DNA from: Promethearchaeota archaeon Loki_b32
Lineage (GTDB): Archaea > Asgardarchaeota > Lokiarchaeia > Sigyniarchaeales > SOKP01
Reading direction: 5' to 3'
DNA: 64,000 bases
NCBI GenBank assembly: GCA_005223125.1
Contig: NJBH01000013.1
Coordinates: 32,239 to 96,238, forward strand
Shown here: piece after piece, positions 18,160 to 26,478 of the stretch
Position numbering within the stretch: the first letter of the stretch is position 1
Layout of the letters: every line of letters begins with the position of its first letter
Notes under the pieces: model-generated
Told to the model about the DNA's origin: nothing
The model's database searches: none
The model's input: the letters and a program-made list of their open reading frames with translations, nothing else
Position numbers and translations under genes: made by a program

Positions 18160-20822
18160 TACTTGATGTTTTCTATTAAAGCTGGTATCTTTTTAATCTC
18201 TCTTACATAATTCTCTTCTAGTTTGGAAATTCCTTCTGCAATATTTTTAATACTTTCCAAACTATAGATTAGATTCTCTAAATAATCTATCAGATCTCCC
18301 TTAAACACTAATATCTTATATTCTTCAATCAAATAATTAGCAATTTCTTCAATAGTCATATTTTCTTTTACACGTAAATTAACAATTAACTTTTCCAGGT
18401 TTAATCGCCCACAATCGCAGTAAGGATTGTCTTTACAGTTACAATTAAATATATCACCGGTTAATTTCATAATAAAGTCTATAAAATCACGCGAGAATGT
18501 CTTTCTTTTCTTAACATAGTCAGCATTCATTAAAGATAACACACTGGCACTGAATAAATTGTTTGAAAAGTATTTCATATTGACATTCTTTGATAAATCA
18601 GCAACTAAATTTTTTGATAAATAAACATTTCTGAGAAATTCTAAGTTTAAAGCTATATCTATAGGGGATTCTAATTTATTTTGCATTTTTTTAATTATCT
18701 CAAAACTTTCATCAACGCTTAAAAAAGAATTAGCAATTGCTCTTCCTAAACGAGTTGCTTTTATTGTTAAATTTTCCTTTATCCGTATTAAATTAAAAGA
18801 TATTAATTTCTTCAAAACTTCTTCCAGATCAAAATGATCATTAATTAAATGGTTATAAAATTCAAAGATAATTTCTTTCCCAATCCACTGAGTAAACATA
18901 GAAATAAAAGCAAGAATTTCTGTTTGAGATTTGTCTTGATCAGGAATGAGCTCATAATCTTTAAATTTTCCATTCAATAATTTTATTGCAATATTTTCTT
19001 CAGTAATTTTCATTTTAGGAGAATATACCTTTCCCGGCTCTACAAGGATATATGCTAAACCCTTTTCATGTTTCCCCAACCTACCAGCACGTCCTAACAT
19101 CTGTTCAAATTCTGCAACTGATAACCAGTTTATACCCATTGCTAAAGATTCGAAAATTACTTGGCGAGCTGGAAGATCTACTCCCGCTGCTAAAGCTGCA
19201 GTCGCTACAACGCCTGTTATTTTTTGAGATTTAAATTTTTCTTCAACAGTTTTTCTTTCTTCATTTGTTAAACCTGAATGATATGCTGCCACATTGATCC
19301 CTTTCTTTTGTAAGTATGATGATATTGATTCACACTTTTTTCGAGTATTTGTAAATGCTATCGTTTGCCCCTTAAATCCATATTTTGACTTCGTAGAAAA
19401 AGCAGCTCTTATTAATTTTGAAATATACTTTTGTTTTTGAGCTTCACTTAAGCATAATAATAAATGGCGCTCAACAGGAACTGGGCGATTATTATACTTA
19501 ATTAATTGACAATCTAATTTTTTTGCTAATAATTCTGGTTCTCCTAGAGTTGCACTTAAATATAGGAATTGAGAATCAAATTGAGTTTTTAATCTAGCTA
19601 TTAACCCATCTAATATGAAACCACGTTCGGGATCAATCAATGTTTGAATTTCATCAATAATTATTGTACCAACATCCCCTAAGAGCACTTTATTCCCACT
19701 TCTTAAAATATAATCAATTGCTTCATAAGTTGCTATAATGACGTGAGCATTAGCTAAGTCTTTGATATTATCTTTTTGTTGCTTTCCAAATAATGATTCT
19801 CCAACTCTCTTGATGACTTTCAATTTAATTTTTTTATATTTTTCTTTAAATTCTTCTGTCCTTATATTTGCTAATGCCACAATTGGCACTAAATATAGCA
19901 TTTTAGCATTCCTTTCCTCCAAAACTTTTGATATACCTGCCAACTCCCCAACTAATGTTTTACCCCCGCTTGTTGGAGCCATTATTAATTGATTACATCG
20001 TTCCGTTAATAAACCTTTTTCTATTGAGATTGTTTGGATTGGCAATAGAATAAATAAATTGAGCTCTTTCAATATATCAATAAACTCTGGTGGAATCCCT
20101 ACATTTTCTATTTTTTGATTAAGATATTTCTTACTTATTGAAGGTGTTTTTTCGATATCATAAAGTGTGATCTCTCTATTGGCTACGGGATTAAAATCTG
20201 GCTTAAATACCTCTAATACTTTCTTAATATCTTTAAATTTGAGGATTAAATGCATTAAAAAATTTTTTAATTTAGGACTGATTCTCTCTTGAGAAATTAA
20301 GCCCGTAAGCTTAATTCTATTTATAACAATATCAAAAGCACATTCAGAACAAATAGTTTGATTTTTTAATGATTTAATTTGAAGATTCTCATTTATTAAT
20401 GTAAACTTTTTTTTATCTAAACATGAATCGCATATAGTTAAATTTATTATTTTATCTGGATCATATTGAAAACTACTTAACATTTCTCTAACTGGTAATA
20501 TATCCTCAGATGAAGTTTGACTTGAAAAAGCAATAAATTTGTTTTCATTTGAAAGAATAAATTTCCTAAGTAAATGTGGATTAATTGGTTGTATACTTCC
20601 GTCTTTCTCTATTTTATTGAAATTGAGAGGTCTCATTTTATTTTTAAAATCTAATCCTAATATTACGGTTCCCCTAAAGAATGGTTCATTTACATATGTA
20701 AAAGTGAATCTTTTTTTCTTAAATGATTTAAGGTAAAAGAAATTAACATTGAAAAGCAATTCTTTTTTATGTACACGATTTCTATCCAAAACAATGAAAT
20801 AAGATCTTGAGGGAACACTCAA
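18156..20822 (-). CDS. Ski2/Hel308-like SF2 helicase with N-terminal zinc ribbon and C-terminal Cys cluster
   Basis: Helicase motifs are present: I APTSGGKT, II IIDEIQ, III SAT and VI QMLGRAGRLG. There is an N-terminal CDSC...CSEC and a C-terminal CNCKDNPYCDC. TTG start preceded by AAGGT plus 6 nt. Confidence 0.85.
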   Translation of the reverse strand: MSVPSRSYFIVLDRNRVHKKELLFNVNFFYLKSFKKKRFTFTYVNEPFFRGTVILGLDFKNKMRPLNFNKIEKDGSIQPINPHLLRKFILSNENKFIAFSSQTSSEDILPVREMLSSFQYDPDKIINLTICDSCLDKKKFTLINENLQIKSLKNQTICSECAFDIVINRIKLTGLISQERISPKLKNFLMHLILKFKDIKKVLEVFKPDFNPVANREITLYDIEKTPSISKKYLNQKIENVGIPPEFIDILKELNLFILLPIQTISIEKGLLTERCNQLIMAPTSGGKTLVGELAGISKVLEERNAKMLYLVPIVALANIRTEEFKEKYKKIKLKVIKRVGESLFGKQQKDNIKDLANAHVIIATYEAIDYILRSGNKVLLGDVGTIIIDEIQTLIDPERGFILDGLIARLKTQFDSQFLYLSATLGEPELLAKKLDCQLIKYNNRPVPVERHLLLCLSEAQKQKYISKLIRAAFSTKSKYGFKGQTIAFTNTRKKCESISSYLQKKGINVAAYHSGLTNEERKTVEEKFKSQKITGVVATAALAAGVDLPARQVIFESLAMGINWLSVAEFEQMLGRAGRLGKHEKGLAYILVEPGKVYSPKMKITEENIAIKLLNGKFKDYELIPDQDKSQTEILAFISMFTQWIGKEIIFEFYNHLINDHFDLEEVLKKLISFNLIRIKENLTIKATRLGRAIANSFLSVDESFEIIKKMQNKLESPIDIALNLEFLRNVYLSKNLVADLSKNVNMKYFSNNLFSASVLSLMNADYVKKRKTFSRDFIDFIMKLTGDIFNCNCKDNPYCDCGRLNLEKLIVNLRVKENMTIEEIANYLIEEYKILVFKGDLIDYLENLIYSLESIKNIAEGISKLEENYVREIKKIPALIENIKY

Positions 20823-20951
20823 TTTGAAACCTTTTATGGATAATAATAAATTAGAATGAAAACTAACAATTCAATTTTTCTATAATCTAAAAAAACCTGA
20901 AATTATTTGAGTGTAAATACAGAATTAAGATAATAAAAAAGAAATTAAAAA

Positions 20952-21113
20952 TTAAAACCCAAAAACTTGTTTAATTTTATCATAAACTTCTTTAATTTGT
21001 CTAAGTTTAGCCTCATCGCCTTGATTTATAAAATGGGAGATCCAATCGGCTAAACCATTATTTTTAATCCATTCAAGGAAATATTCAACTGATTGACGTT
21101 CCTCAGCAGACAT
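20952..21113 (-). CDS. Small ORF (53 aa), hypothetical
   Basis: My own translation gives MSAEERQSVEYFLEWIKNNGLADWISHFINQGDEAKLRQIKEVYDKIKQVFGF. It has coding-like composition and falls below the ORF-track length cutoff. No SD is visible. Confidence 0.35.
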   Translation of the reverse strand: MSAEERQSVEYFLEWIKNNGLADWISHFINQGDEAKLRQIKEVYDKIKQVFGF

Positions 21114-21264
21114 TTTTCTTTCTACTTTTATCTTTTGTATGTTATTGTTTTTTATTTTCTTCTATATAAAAATTATAAATCATTCTATTTTATATTTTTA
21201 TAATTCTAAAACAATTAAATAAAGTTAGTGAAATTTATAATTAAATTTTATAAGTGAAAATAAA

Positions 21265-22221
21265 ATGTCGACGAGGATAAAAACACCCAATCTTGATGAG
21301 ATATGGTTAAGATGGAAGCAAAAATCTGCAAGAACTGATAAAAAAAAGATGGAAAAACAATTTGGAACGAAAGGAGCAGTTTTCTCTTTAGATGCGATAA
21401 GTGCTGCAGAATATGTTAAAGATACAATGAAAGAAGCAGCTATCTATTTCGCTGTTAAAAGATCTCTTGGTCCTGCACCTACAGGGAAAGAGGAAAATTT
21501 AGTTACAGTACCCAGGGTAGGTAGAGAACAATATTATTCTTTTAAAGGAGCAGGAAAAATTGATAAAGAAAACTGGAAGGGTGATGAAAAAGTACCTCAC
21601 TTTGAGTCAATTAAAGCTGTTCCTTGTAAAAATTGTAGAGGGAAAGGATATATTGAAGATAAATGTAAAACATGTAAAGGAACTGGTAAAATTGAGGAAA
21701 CCTTTACAGTGTTAGTAGGAGAAGAGCAAAATAAAGAAAAGAAACCCTTTTCCTATTCCTGTGCAGTTTGTTATGGGACTGGAAATAGATCAGAACCATG
21801 TAAAGAGTGCGGAGGTCATAAAAATATGTATAAATATGACATTCTTCCTGTACCCTTTAAAACTGTAGTAACAGGAATCCCAATTTTACACAGTAGTGCT
21901 CAAACAAAATATGAAAAGGAAATCGGAGATGACCTTCATAAAATGATTGAAGATGTCGAAGGAATAAAGTTCAGCGAGTTTAAAGAATTAGAATCGAAAG
22001 CAGAAGCTTCATTAGGATATATGAACAAAAATATTAGTAAAACGATTGGAGCCGCGAGAAACGATTACAAAAAACATGAAAAAGATAAAGAAGCTCAAAT
22101 TACCTCGCAAATTTACTTGTTTCCGATGATCCAAATGATGGCGACTACTAAACGAGGAATGAAGTTTGAAATCTACAGTCTCGGCTCGGGCAATAAGTTC
22201 ATGGTATTTTCTAATTTCTAA
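21265..22221 (+). CDS. Protein with DnaJ-type cysteine-rich (CxxCxGxG) zinc-finger repeats
   Basis: CKNCRGKGYIEDKCKTCKGTGKI and CAVCYGTGNRSEPCKECGGH give four CxxC(x)G units, as in the DnaJ CR domain. No J domain is present. Confidence 0.7.
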   Translation: MSTRIKTPNLDEIWLRWKQKSARTDKKKMEKQFGTKGAVFSLDAISAAEYVKDTMKEAAIYFAVKRSLGPAPTGKEENLVTVPRVGREQYYSFKGAGKIDKENWKGDEKVPHFESIKAVPCKNCRGKGYIEDKCKTCKGTGKIEETFTVLVGEEQNKEKKPFSYSCAVCYGTGNRSEPCKECGGHKNMYKYDILPVPFKTVVTGIPILHSSAQTKYEKEIGDDLHKMIEDVEGIKFSEFKELESKAEASLGYMNKNISKTIGAARNDYKKHEKDKEAQITSQIYLFPMIQMMATTKRGMKFEIYSLGSGNKFMVFSNF

Positions 22222-22392
22222 TTTATATTTTTCTTTAACAAAGGGTAATAGACTAATTTTGCTTTAAAATACCTTTCTATTTCTATAAAAACTTTGTTCA
22301 GAATGACTTTTAATGCAATTTGATTAAAATAATTCTCTCTTACTCTATCCTTCAATCTAAATATTCAAATATTAGAAGAGATAATTATATGT

Positions 22393-22428
22393 AAGTTTCA
22401 ACTTATATATAAGTTCAAACTTATATAT
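22393..22428 (+). repeat. Tandem 18-bp direct repeat containing TTATATAT (TATA-box-like) just upstream of the ECF-S gene
   Basis: AAGTTTCAACTTATATAT (22393-22410) and AAGTTCAAACTTATATAT (22411-22428) match at 16 of 18 positions. Confidence 0.4.
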
Positions 22429-22438
22429 TTTAAGTGGA

Positions 22439-23077
22439 ATGAAAATGATGAAAGATAATAAAATAGTGAAAGAAAAAAGGTCTTTTGGAGGAAAAAGTCT
22501 ATTTGGTTATTTCATACCTGATAATGCATTAGTAATTTCGGTAATAGGTATTTTTATAGCTTTAAATTTTATAGTAACCTATTGGATTCAAATTCCTGTT
22601 CCTGCTACTGGAGGATACATTAATATTGGAGATCTTACAGTAATGTTTACGGCTCTTTTATTTGGACCCATTATAGGAGGTATTGCAGGTGGCGTGGGGC
22701 CCATGCTAGCAGATATATTTTCTCCTTGGGTAATTTATGCTCCTGCTACTCTAGTTATTAAAGGTATCGAGGGATTTTTAATTGGATTTATTGCTAATCC
22801 AAAAGATTGTGAAGGGAGAGTTTCTTATCGTGATATAATTGCTGTTTTATTTGGTGGAATTTTAATACCTTTTGGGTATTTCATCTATGAAGCTTTCATA
22901 ATCAAGCTTGGAACTGCCGTAGCCTTGGTTGAGATGCCAGGTAACTTTTTTCAATTTGGGTTTGCTGCGATAGGTTCAATTTTACTTATAATTCTTTCAA
23001 GAGAAAACATAATTGAAGCTTTACCACAGGTTTTTAATAAAGTATTTATTCCAATTGAAACCGAAAATGTTGAATAA
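22439..23077 (+). CDS. ECF-transporter S component-like membrane protein (substrate unknown)
   Basis: Five to six TM helices. GGYINIGDLTVMFTALLFGPIIGGIAGGVGPMLADI is typical of ECF S components. No ECF A or T genes are adjacent. Confidence 0.65.
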   Translation: MKMMKDNKIVKEKRSFGGKSLFGYFIPDNALVISVIGIFIALNFIVTYWIQIPVPATGGYINIGDLTVMFTALLFGPIIGGIAGGVGPMLADIFSPWVIYAPATLVIKGIEGFLIGFIANPKDCEGRVSYRDIIAVLFGGILIPFGYFIYEAFIIKLGTAVALVEMPGNFFQFGFAAIGSILLIILSRENIIEALPQVFNKVFIPIETENVE

Positions 23078-23084
23078 ACTTATC

Positions 23085-24521
23085 TCAAATTAATGTAATT
23101 AATACATCTAGAGCATCTAAAACCTTTTTACCACTTTCAGTTATAAAATACAACACATTTTTTCCTTCTTTTTTTCGAGAAATCAATCCTTTCGATTCTA
23201 ATTCTTTTAAGTGCTGATATATTGCTGCTAAACTTATAGTTCCCATAATTTCTTGAATTTTAGTGCCACTAATTCCCTTAATACTTGATATCGAAATTAG
23301 AGATAAAATTTTCAATTTTGTGATTATAATCGAACCTTTACCAGTTGTTTTAGTTTGAGATGAAATTGCTTCTAATACATATGGTGCTTTCAATCCACTT
23401 CCCGTTATTAAACATACAATCTTTTCATTAATATCAAAAGAATTTTTTTCATTTAACGATTGAATTGCTGCTATTGTTAAAGCAGAGGCTGGTTCAGCAA
23501 AGATTCCTTCGTGTCTTATAAGCTTATCAATTGAATTTAAAATTTTATCTTCTGGAATTGCTATAACAGTACCTTCACTCTCTCTAATACATTTTATTGC
23601 CAAATCTTTATATAAAGGATTTTTTACTAATATCCCCAAGGCGAGTGACTTTTGGATACCTTGGTTCTTTCTTTCAATTTTATCTTTTCTTAGGAATTCA
23701 TCTACAATCGGAGATAATGCTTGAGATTGTACCCCCACTAATTTTGGAACATTTTTTATGACCTTAGCATTTTGAAGTTCATAAAAACCTTTCCATAAAC
23801 TTACTAATAATTCTCCACTACCCATAGGAATTAAAATCCAACTTGGATCTTCAACTTGATTTATAATTTCATAAGCAATGGTTTTTTGGGCTTCAAGAGT
23901 AAGTGGATTTAAGTCAGGAGTCCCTTGATAAAAATCATCAATATTTTTTCGTTTTAAAACATCTTTAATAGCATCATCGACAGTTTCTCCAATTACTTCT
24001 AATTTAGAATTGTAAGCAATCATTTGAGCTTTTTTCCCAACATCAATTATTCTTGGAATAATATTCAAACAATTCATTCCTTCAACAGAACTATAAGCCG
24101 CTAAAGAAGCACCTTGATTACCATTTGAAGCACAAATAATTTTTTGAAAATCCCAACTTCTCGCATGGGACGTTAATAATGCAGCGGCACGATCCTTGAA
24201 AGAATTTGTAGGATTTTGAGTTTCATCTTTAAAAAAAAGGTATTTTAATCCTAATTTTTCTCCAAATTTATTTGAAATTCTACACGGGCTTCCACCTTCT
24301 CCTAATGAAACAATAAAATCATCCTTTATTTTAGGCAGCGCGAATTTGTAATCCCAAAACTTTTTACTATCTTTAATTTTAGAGAATTCCCGGCTAAGAT
24401 TTTCTATATTAAGTTCGAACCATAATAACCCATTACATTCAGGACATTTATGTTGAATAGAGGTAAATTCATACTTTTTCTTACAATTAGTACAAGACAG
24501 AATCAGTGGTTTTTTAATAAT
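23085..24521 (-). CDS. thrC: Threonine synthase with C-terminal winged-HTH domain; probable ATT start
   Basis: The ORF track starts at internal Met 24077, but the frame stays open up to 24554. That stretch encodes the ThrC zinc ribbon (LSCTNCKKKYEFTSIQHKCPECNG), the PLP-lysine motif NPTNSFKDRAA, and CASNGNQGASLAAY. It contains no in-frame ATG, GTG or TTG. ATT at 24519-24521 is preceded by AGAGGT plus 6 nt. The C-terminal ~75 aa (GTKIQEIMGTISLAAIYQHLKELESKGLISRKKEGKNVLYFITESG) look like a wHTH. Confidence 0.8.
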   Translation of the reverse strand: MIKKPLILSCTNCKKKYEFTSIQHKCPECNGLLWFELNIENLSREFSKIKDSKKFWDYKFALPKIKDDFIVSLGEGGSPCRISNKFGEKLGLKYLFFKDETQNPTNSFKDRAAALLTSHARSWDFQKIICASNGNQGASLAAYSSVEGMNCLNIIPRIIDVGKKAQMIAYNSKLEVIGETVDDAIKDVLKRKNIDDFYQGTPDLNPLTLEAQKTIAYEIINQVEDPSWILIPMGSGELLVSLWKGFYELQNAKVIKNVPKLVGVQSQALSPIVDEFLRKDKIERKNQGIQKSLALGILVKNPLYKDLAIKCIRESEGTVIAIPEDKILNSIDKLIRHEGIFAEPASALTIAAIQSLNEKNSFDINEKIVCLITGSGLKAPYVLEAISSQTKTTGKGSIIITKLKILSLISISSIKGISGTKIQEIMGTISLAAIYQHLKELESKGLISRKKEGKNVLYFITESGKKVLDALDVLITLI

Positions 24522-24645
24522 GAAATAACCTCTAAGATAGATATTAATTTTAATTTATTCATTAATTGGTTTTTCTTATTATTAAGTCCTTTTAACAAAC
24601 TCTTTTCTTGTGAGAGAGAACTTTATTTTATTTAATTTTAATAAT

Positions 24646-24663
24646 TTTACGATGCATCGTAAA
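24646..24663. promoter_or_regulatory. Perfect 18-bp palindrome TTTACGATGCATCGTAAA in the thrC/ZIP divergent intergenic region (candidate metalloregulator operator)
   Basis: Base-by-base check shows 9 plus 9 perfect complementarity. It lies 60 nt upstream of the ZIP transporter start. A DtxR-family regulator gene sits immediately downstream of the ZIP gene. Confidence 0.45.
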
Positions 24664-24722
24664 TTTTATATTCATGATAACACTAAGTAAAACAATTTAA
24701 AATTTTAATAAAGTGATTAAAA

Positions 24723-25478
24723 ATTCTTCTGTGGATAATATTTTTTAGTATTTTAGGAAGTGTAGGAGCAATTACTGCAGCTGGAAGTTTTATGTTTTTA
24801 AATGAGAAATCTCAAAAGAGCCTTATACCCCTTTTAATTGCATTTGCTACAGGCGTTCTCCTCACGGCAGCATTTTTAGGATTAATTCCAGAAGCAGTTG
24901 AAAAAGCTGGCGAACCTCATATTATTATGCCTTATATATTAGGAGGTATCCTTTTCTTCTTTATAATGGAAAAGGTTGTTATTTGGAGAAATTGCCGCGA
25001 TAAAACCTGTGAGGTTCATTCAAATGCATCTGGACCAATTATCCTTCTGGGGGATTCTTTACATAATTTAACAGATGGTATAGTTATAGCTGCGGCCTTT
25101 TTATCTGGATTAAATCTTGGAATTGTAGCAGGATTTACTATTATATTTCATGAACTAGCACATGAAACTGGAGATTTTGGAGTCCTTTTACATTCAGGAT
25201 ATTCAAAAAAGAAAGCTTTTATTTATAATATGGTCTCTAGTTCAACCACAATACCGGCTTCGATTATTTCTTATTTCCTTTTAGATTCGATGGAATTTGC
25301 CGTACCATTTTTACTGGCAATTTCCGCTTCAAGCTTTATATACATTGCTCTCTCAGATTTAACCCCAGATCTCCATCAACACACAGAAATTAAATATATT
25401 CTGAAGCAGATAGCTTTTATTATAATTGGAATTGTCTTGATGGCGCTAATATTATCACTAGGAGGCCATCAACATTAA
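24723..25478 (+). CDS. ZIP-family divalent metal transporter; probable ATT start
   Basis: Contains the ZIP signature HELAHETGDFGVLL. The first TM helix (LLWIIFFSILGSVGAITAAGSF) lies upstream of the first ATG (24792), in an open frame with no ATG, GTG or TTG. ATT at 24723 is preceded by GTGAT plus 5 nt. Confidence 0.8.
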   Translation: MLLWIIFFSILGSVGAITAAGSFMFLNEKSQKSLIPLLIAFATGVLLTAAFLGLIPEAVEKAGEPHIIMPYILGGILFFFIMEKVVIWRNCRDKTCEVHSNASGPIILLGDSLHNLTDGIVIAAAFLSGLNLGIVAGFTIIFHELAHETGDFGVLLHSGYSKKKAFIYNMVSSSTTIPASIISYFLLDSMEFAVPFLLAISASSFIYIALSDLTPDLHQHTEIKYILKQIAFIIIGIVLMALILSLGGHQH

Positions 25479-25529
25479 ATACTATTTTTTTATAACAACC
25501 TATAGATTTAAAATTAATATAGATTAAAA

Positions 25530-25943
25530 ATGTTAGATTTAGATTATAAAACTATAAAAGTCTTATATCGTCAAAATGATTTGAAAGTTGGGACAATAGC
25601 AAAAAAACTTGAGTTGCCCCATTCTACAGTTGGAAGTTGCATAAAAAGATTAGAAAATAAAGGATATGTGATTTATCATCGTTATAAACCAGTTTTATTA
25701 TCCATTAAAGGAAGGGAACTCGCAATTGAGTTAACTCGTCATGCACGACTTCTAGAAATGTTATTAATCAATGAGTTCAATCTTAATCCGGTTGATGCTC
25801 ATTCAGAATGTGAAAAATTCAATTTGCTCTTTTCATGTGAATTAATAAATAAGATATGTCAAAAATATGACCATCCAAAAAGTTGCCCTTGTGGTGAGAA
25901 AATTTTAAGTTCATCAGGTTGTTTATGTGAAAAAGAAATTTAA
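25530..25943 (+). CDS. DtxR/MntR-family metal-dependent transcriptional regulator
   Basis: An N-terminal wHTH (VGTIAKKLELPHSTVGSCIKRLENKGYV) and the HARLLEMLL dimerisation helix are present. The C-terminal segment is Cys-rich (DHPKSCPCGEKI). Confidence 0.8.
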   Translation: MLDLDYKTIKVLYRQNDLKVGTIAKKLELPHSTVGSCIKRLENKGYVIYHRYKPVLLSIKGRELAIELTRHARLLEMLLINEFNLNPVDAHSECEKFNLLFSCELINKICQKYDHPKSCPCGEKILSSSGCLCEKEI

Positions 25944-25947
25944 GATC

Positions 25948-26433
25948 TTATTTAATAAGCTTATTCGAAGCATAAGCAGCAAGTATTTCTCCATAAAAAT
26001 AATGATGACTGCTCATATTTGATTTACTAGAATGAATAATTTTACATTCATAGCTTAATATAGAATCCTTTATAGTAGGAACTGACATTTTTTTTCCTGG
26101 AATGGATCCTAAACCTGCTTTTTTAAATTTATCTGTATTCCTTCCTGAGTAAGAACCTGCAATATCTATTGCCGAATATATTTTATCTGATGGTATATTA
26201 ACAGAAAATTCATTCACATCCTCTGTAAGTAATTTATACGTATATCGAGTGTAGGCTACAGTAGCCCTGATGACGGGTTTACCATCAAATTCCTCAATGC
26301 TTTTCCAGTCTAAAGCCATAACATTGGGTTTTCCATTTTTATCCATCGATACCAATAATCCTGTATTTCTCTTGAAGTGTTCGATATAATCGTATGGTCC
26401 AATTTCTTTTCTATTTTCAGCCATATTTATCAA
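25948..26433 (-). CDS. Flavin reductase-like (FMN-binding split-barrel) protein
   Basis: 161 aa. GKPNVMALDW and the overall pattern fit the flavin reductase-like domain family. Confidence 0.7.
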   Translation of the reverse strand: MINMAENRKEIGPYDYIEHFKRNTGLLVSMDKNGKPNVMALDWKSIEEFDGKPVIRATVAYTRYTYKLLTEDVNEFSVNIPSDKIYSAIDIAGSYSGRNTDKFKKAGLGSIPGKKMSVPTIKDSILSYECKIIHSSKSNMSSHHYFYGEILAAYASNKLIK

Positions 26434-26478
26434 ATCTTCATTTCAATTATTAATTTGAAATTCTTGTAACTTAAAAAA

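Noticed and set aside
22222-22438. Riboswitch upstream of the ECF-S component gene
   Set aside because: I recognised no conserved riboswitch core (TPP, preQ1, FMN, cobalamin-like). The region is almost pure AT with only the tandem 18-mer as structure.
24450-24635. 61-aa plus-strand ORF in the thrC upstream region
   Set aside because: Its 5' part is antisense to the conserved ThrC zinc-ribbon coding sequence, and the remainder is AT-rich intergenic DNA. The thrC reading is far better supported.
24713-24725. GTG within the GTGAT motifs as the true start codons, with homopolymer sequencing errors explaining the frame problem
   Set aside because: Not adopted as the primary explanation. It needs three independent indels of different sign (-1, -1, +1), and thrC has no out-of-frame canonical start at all. 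It remains the main alternative and can be tested with accurate reads.
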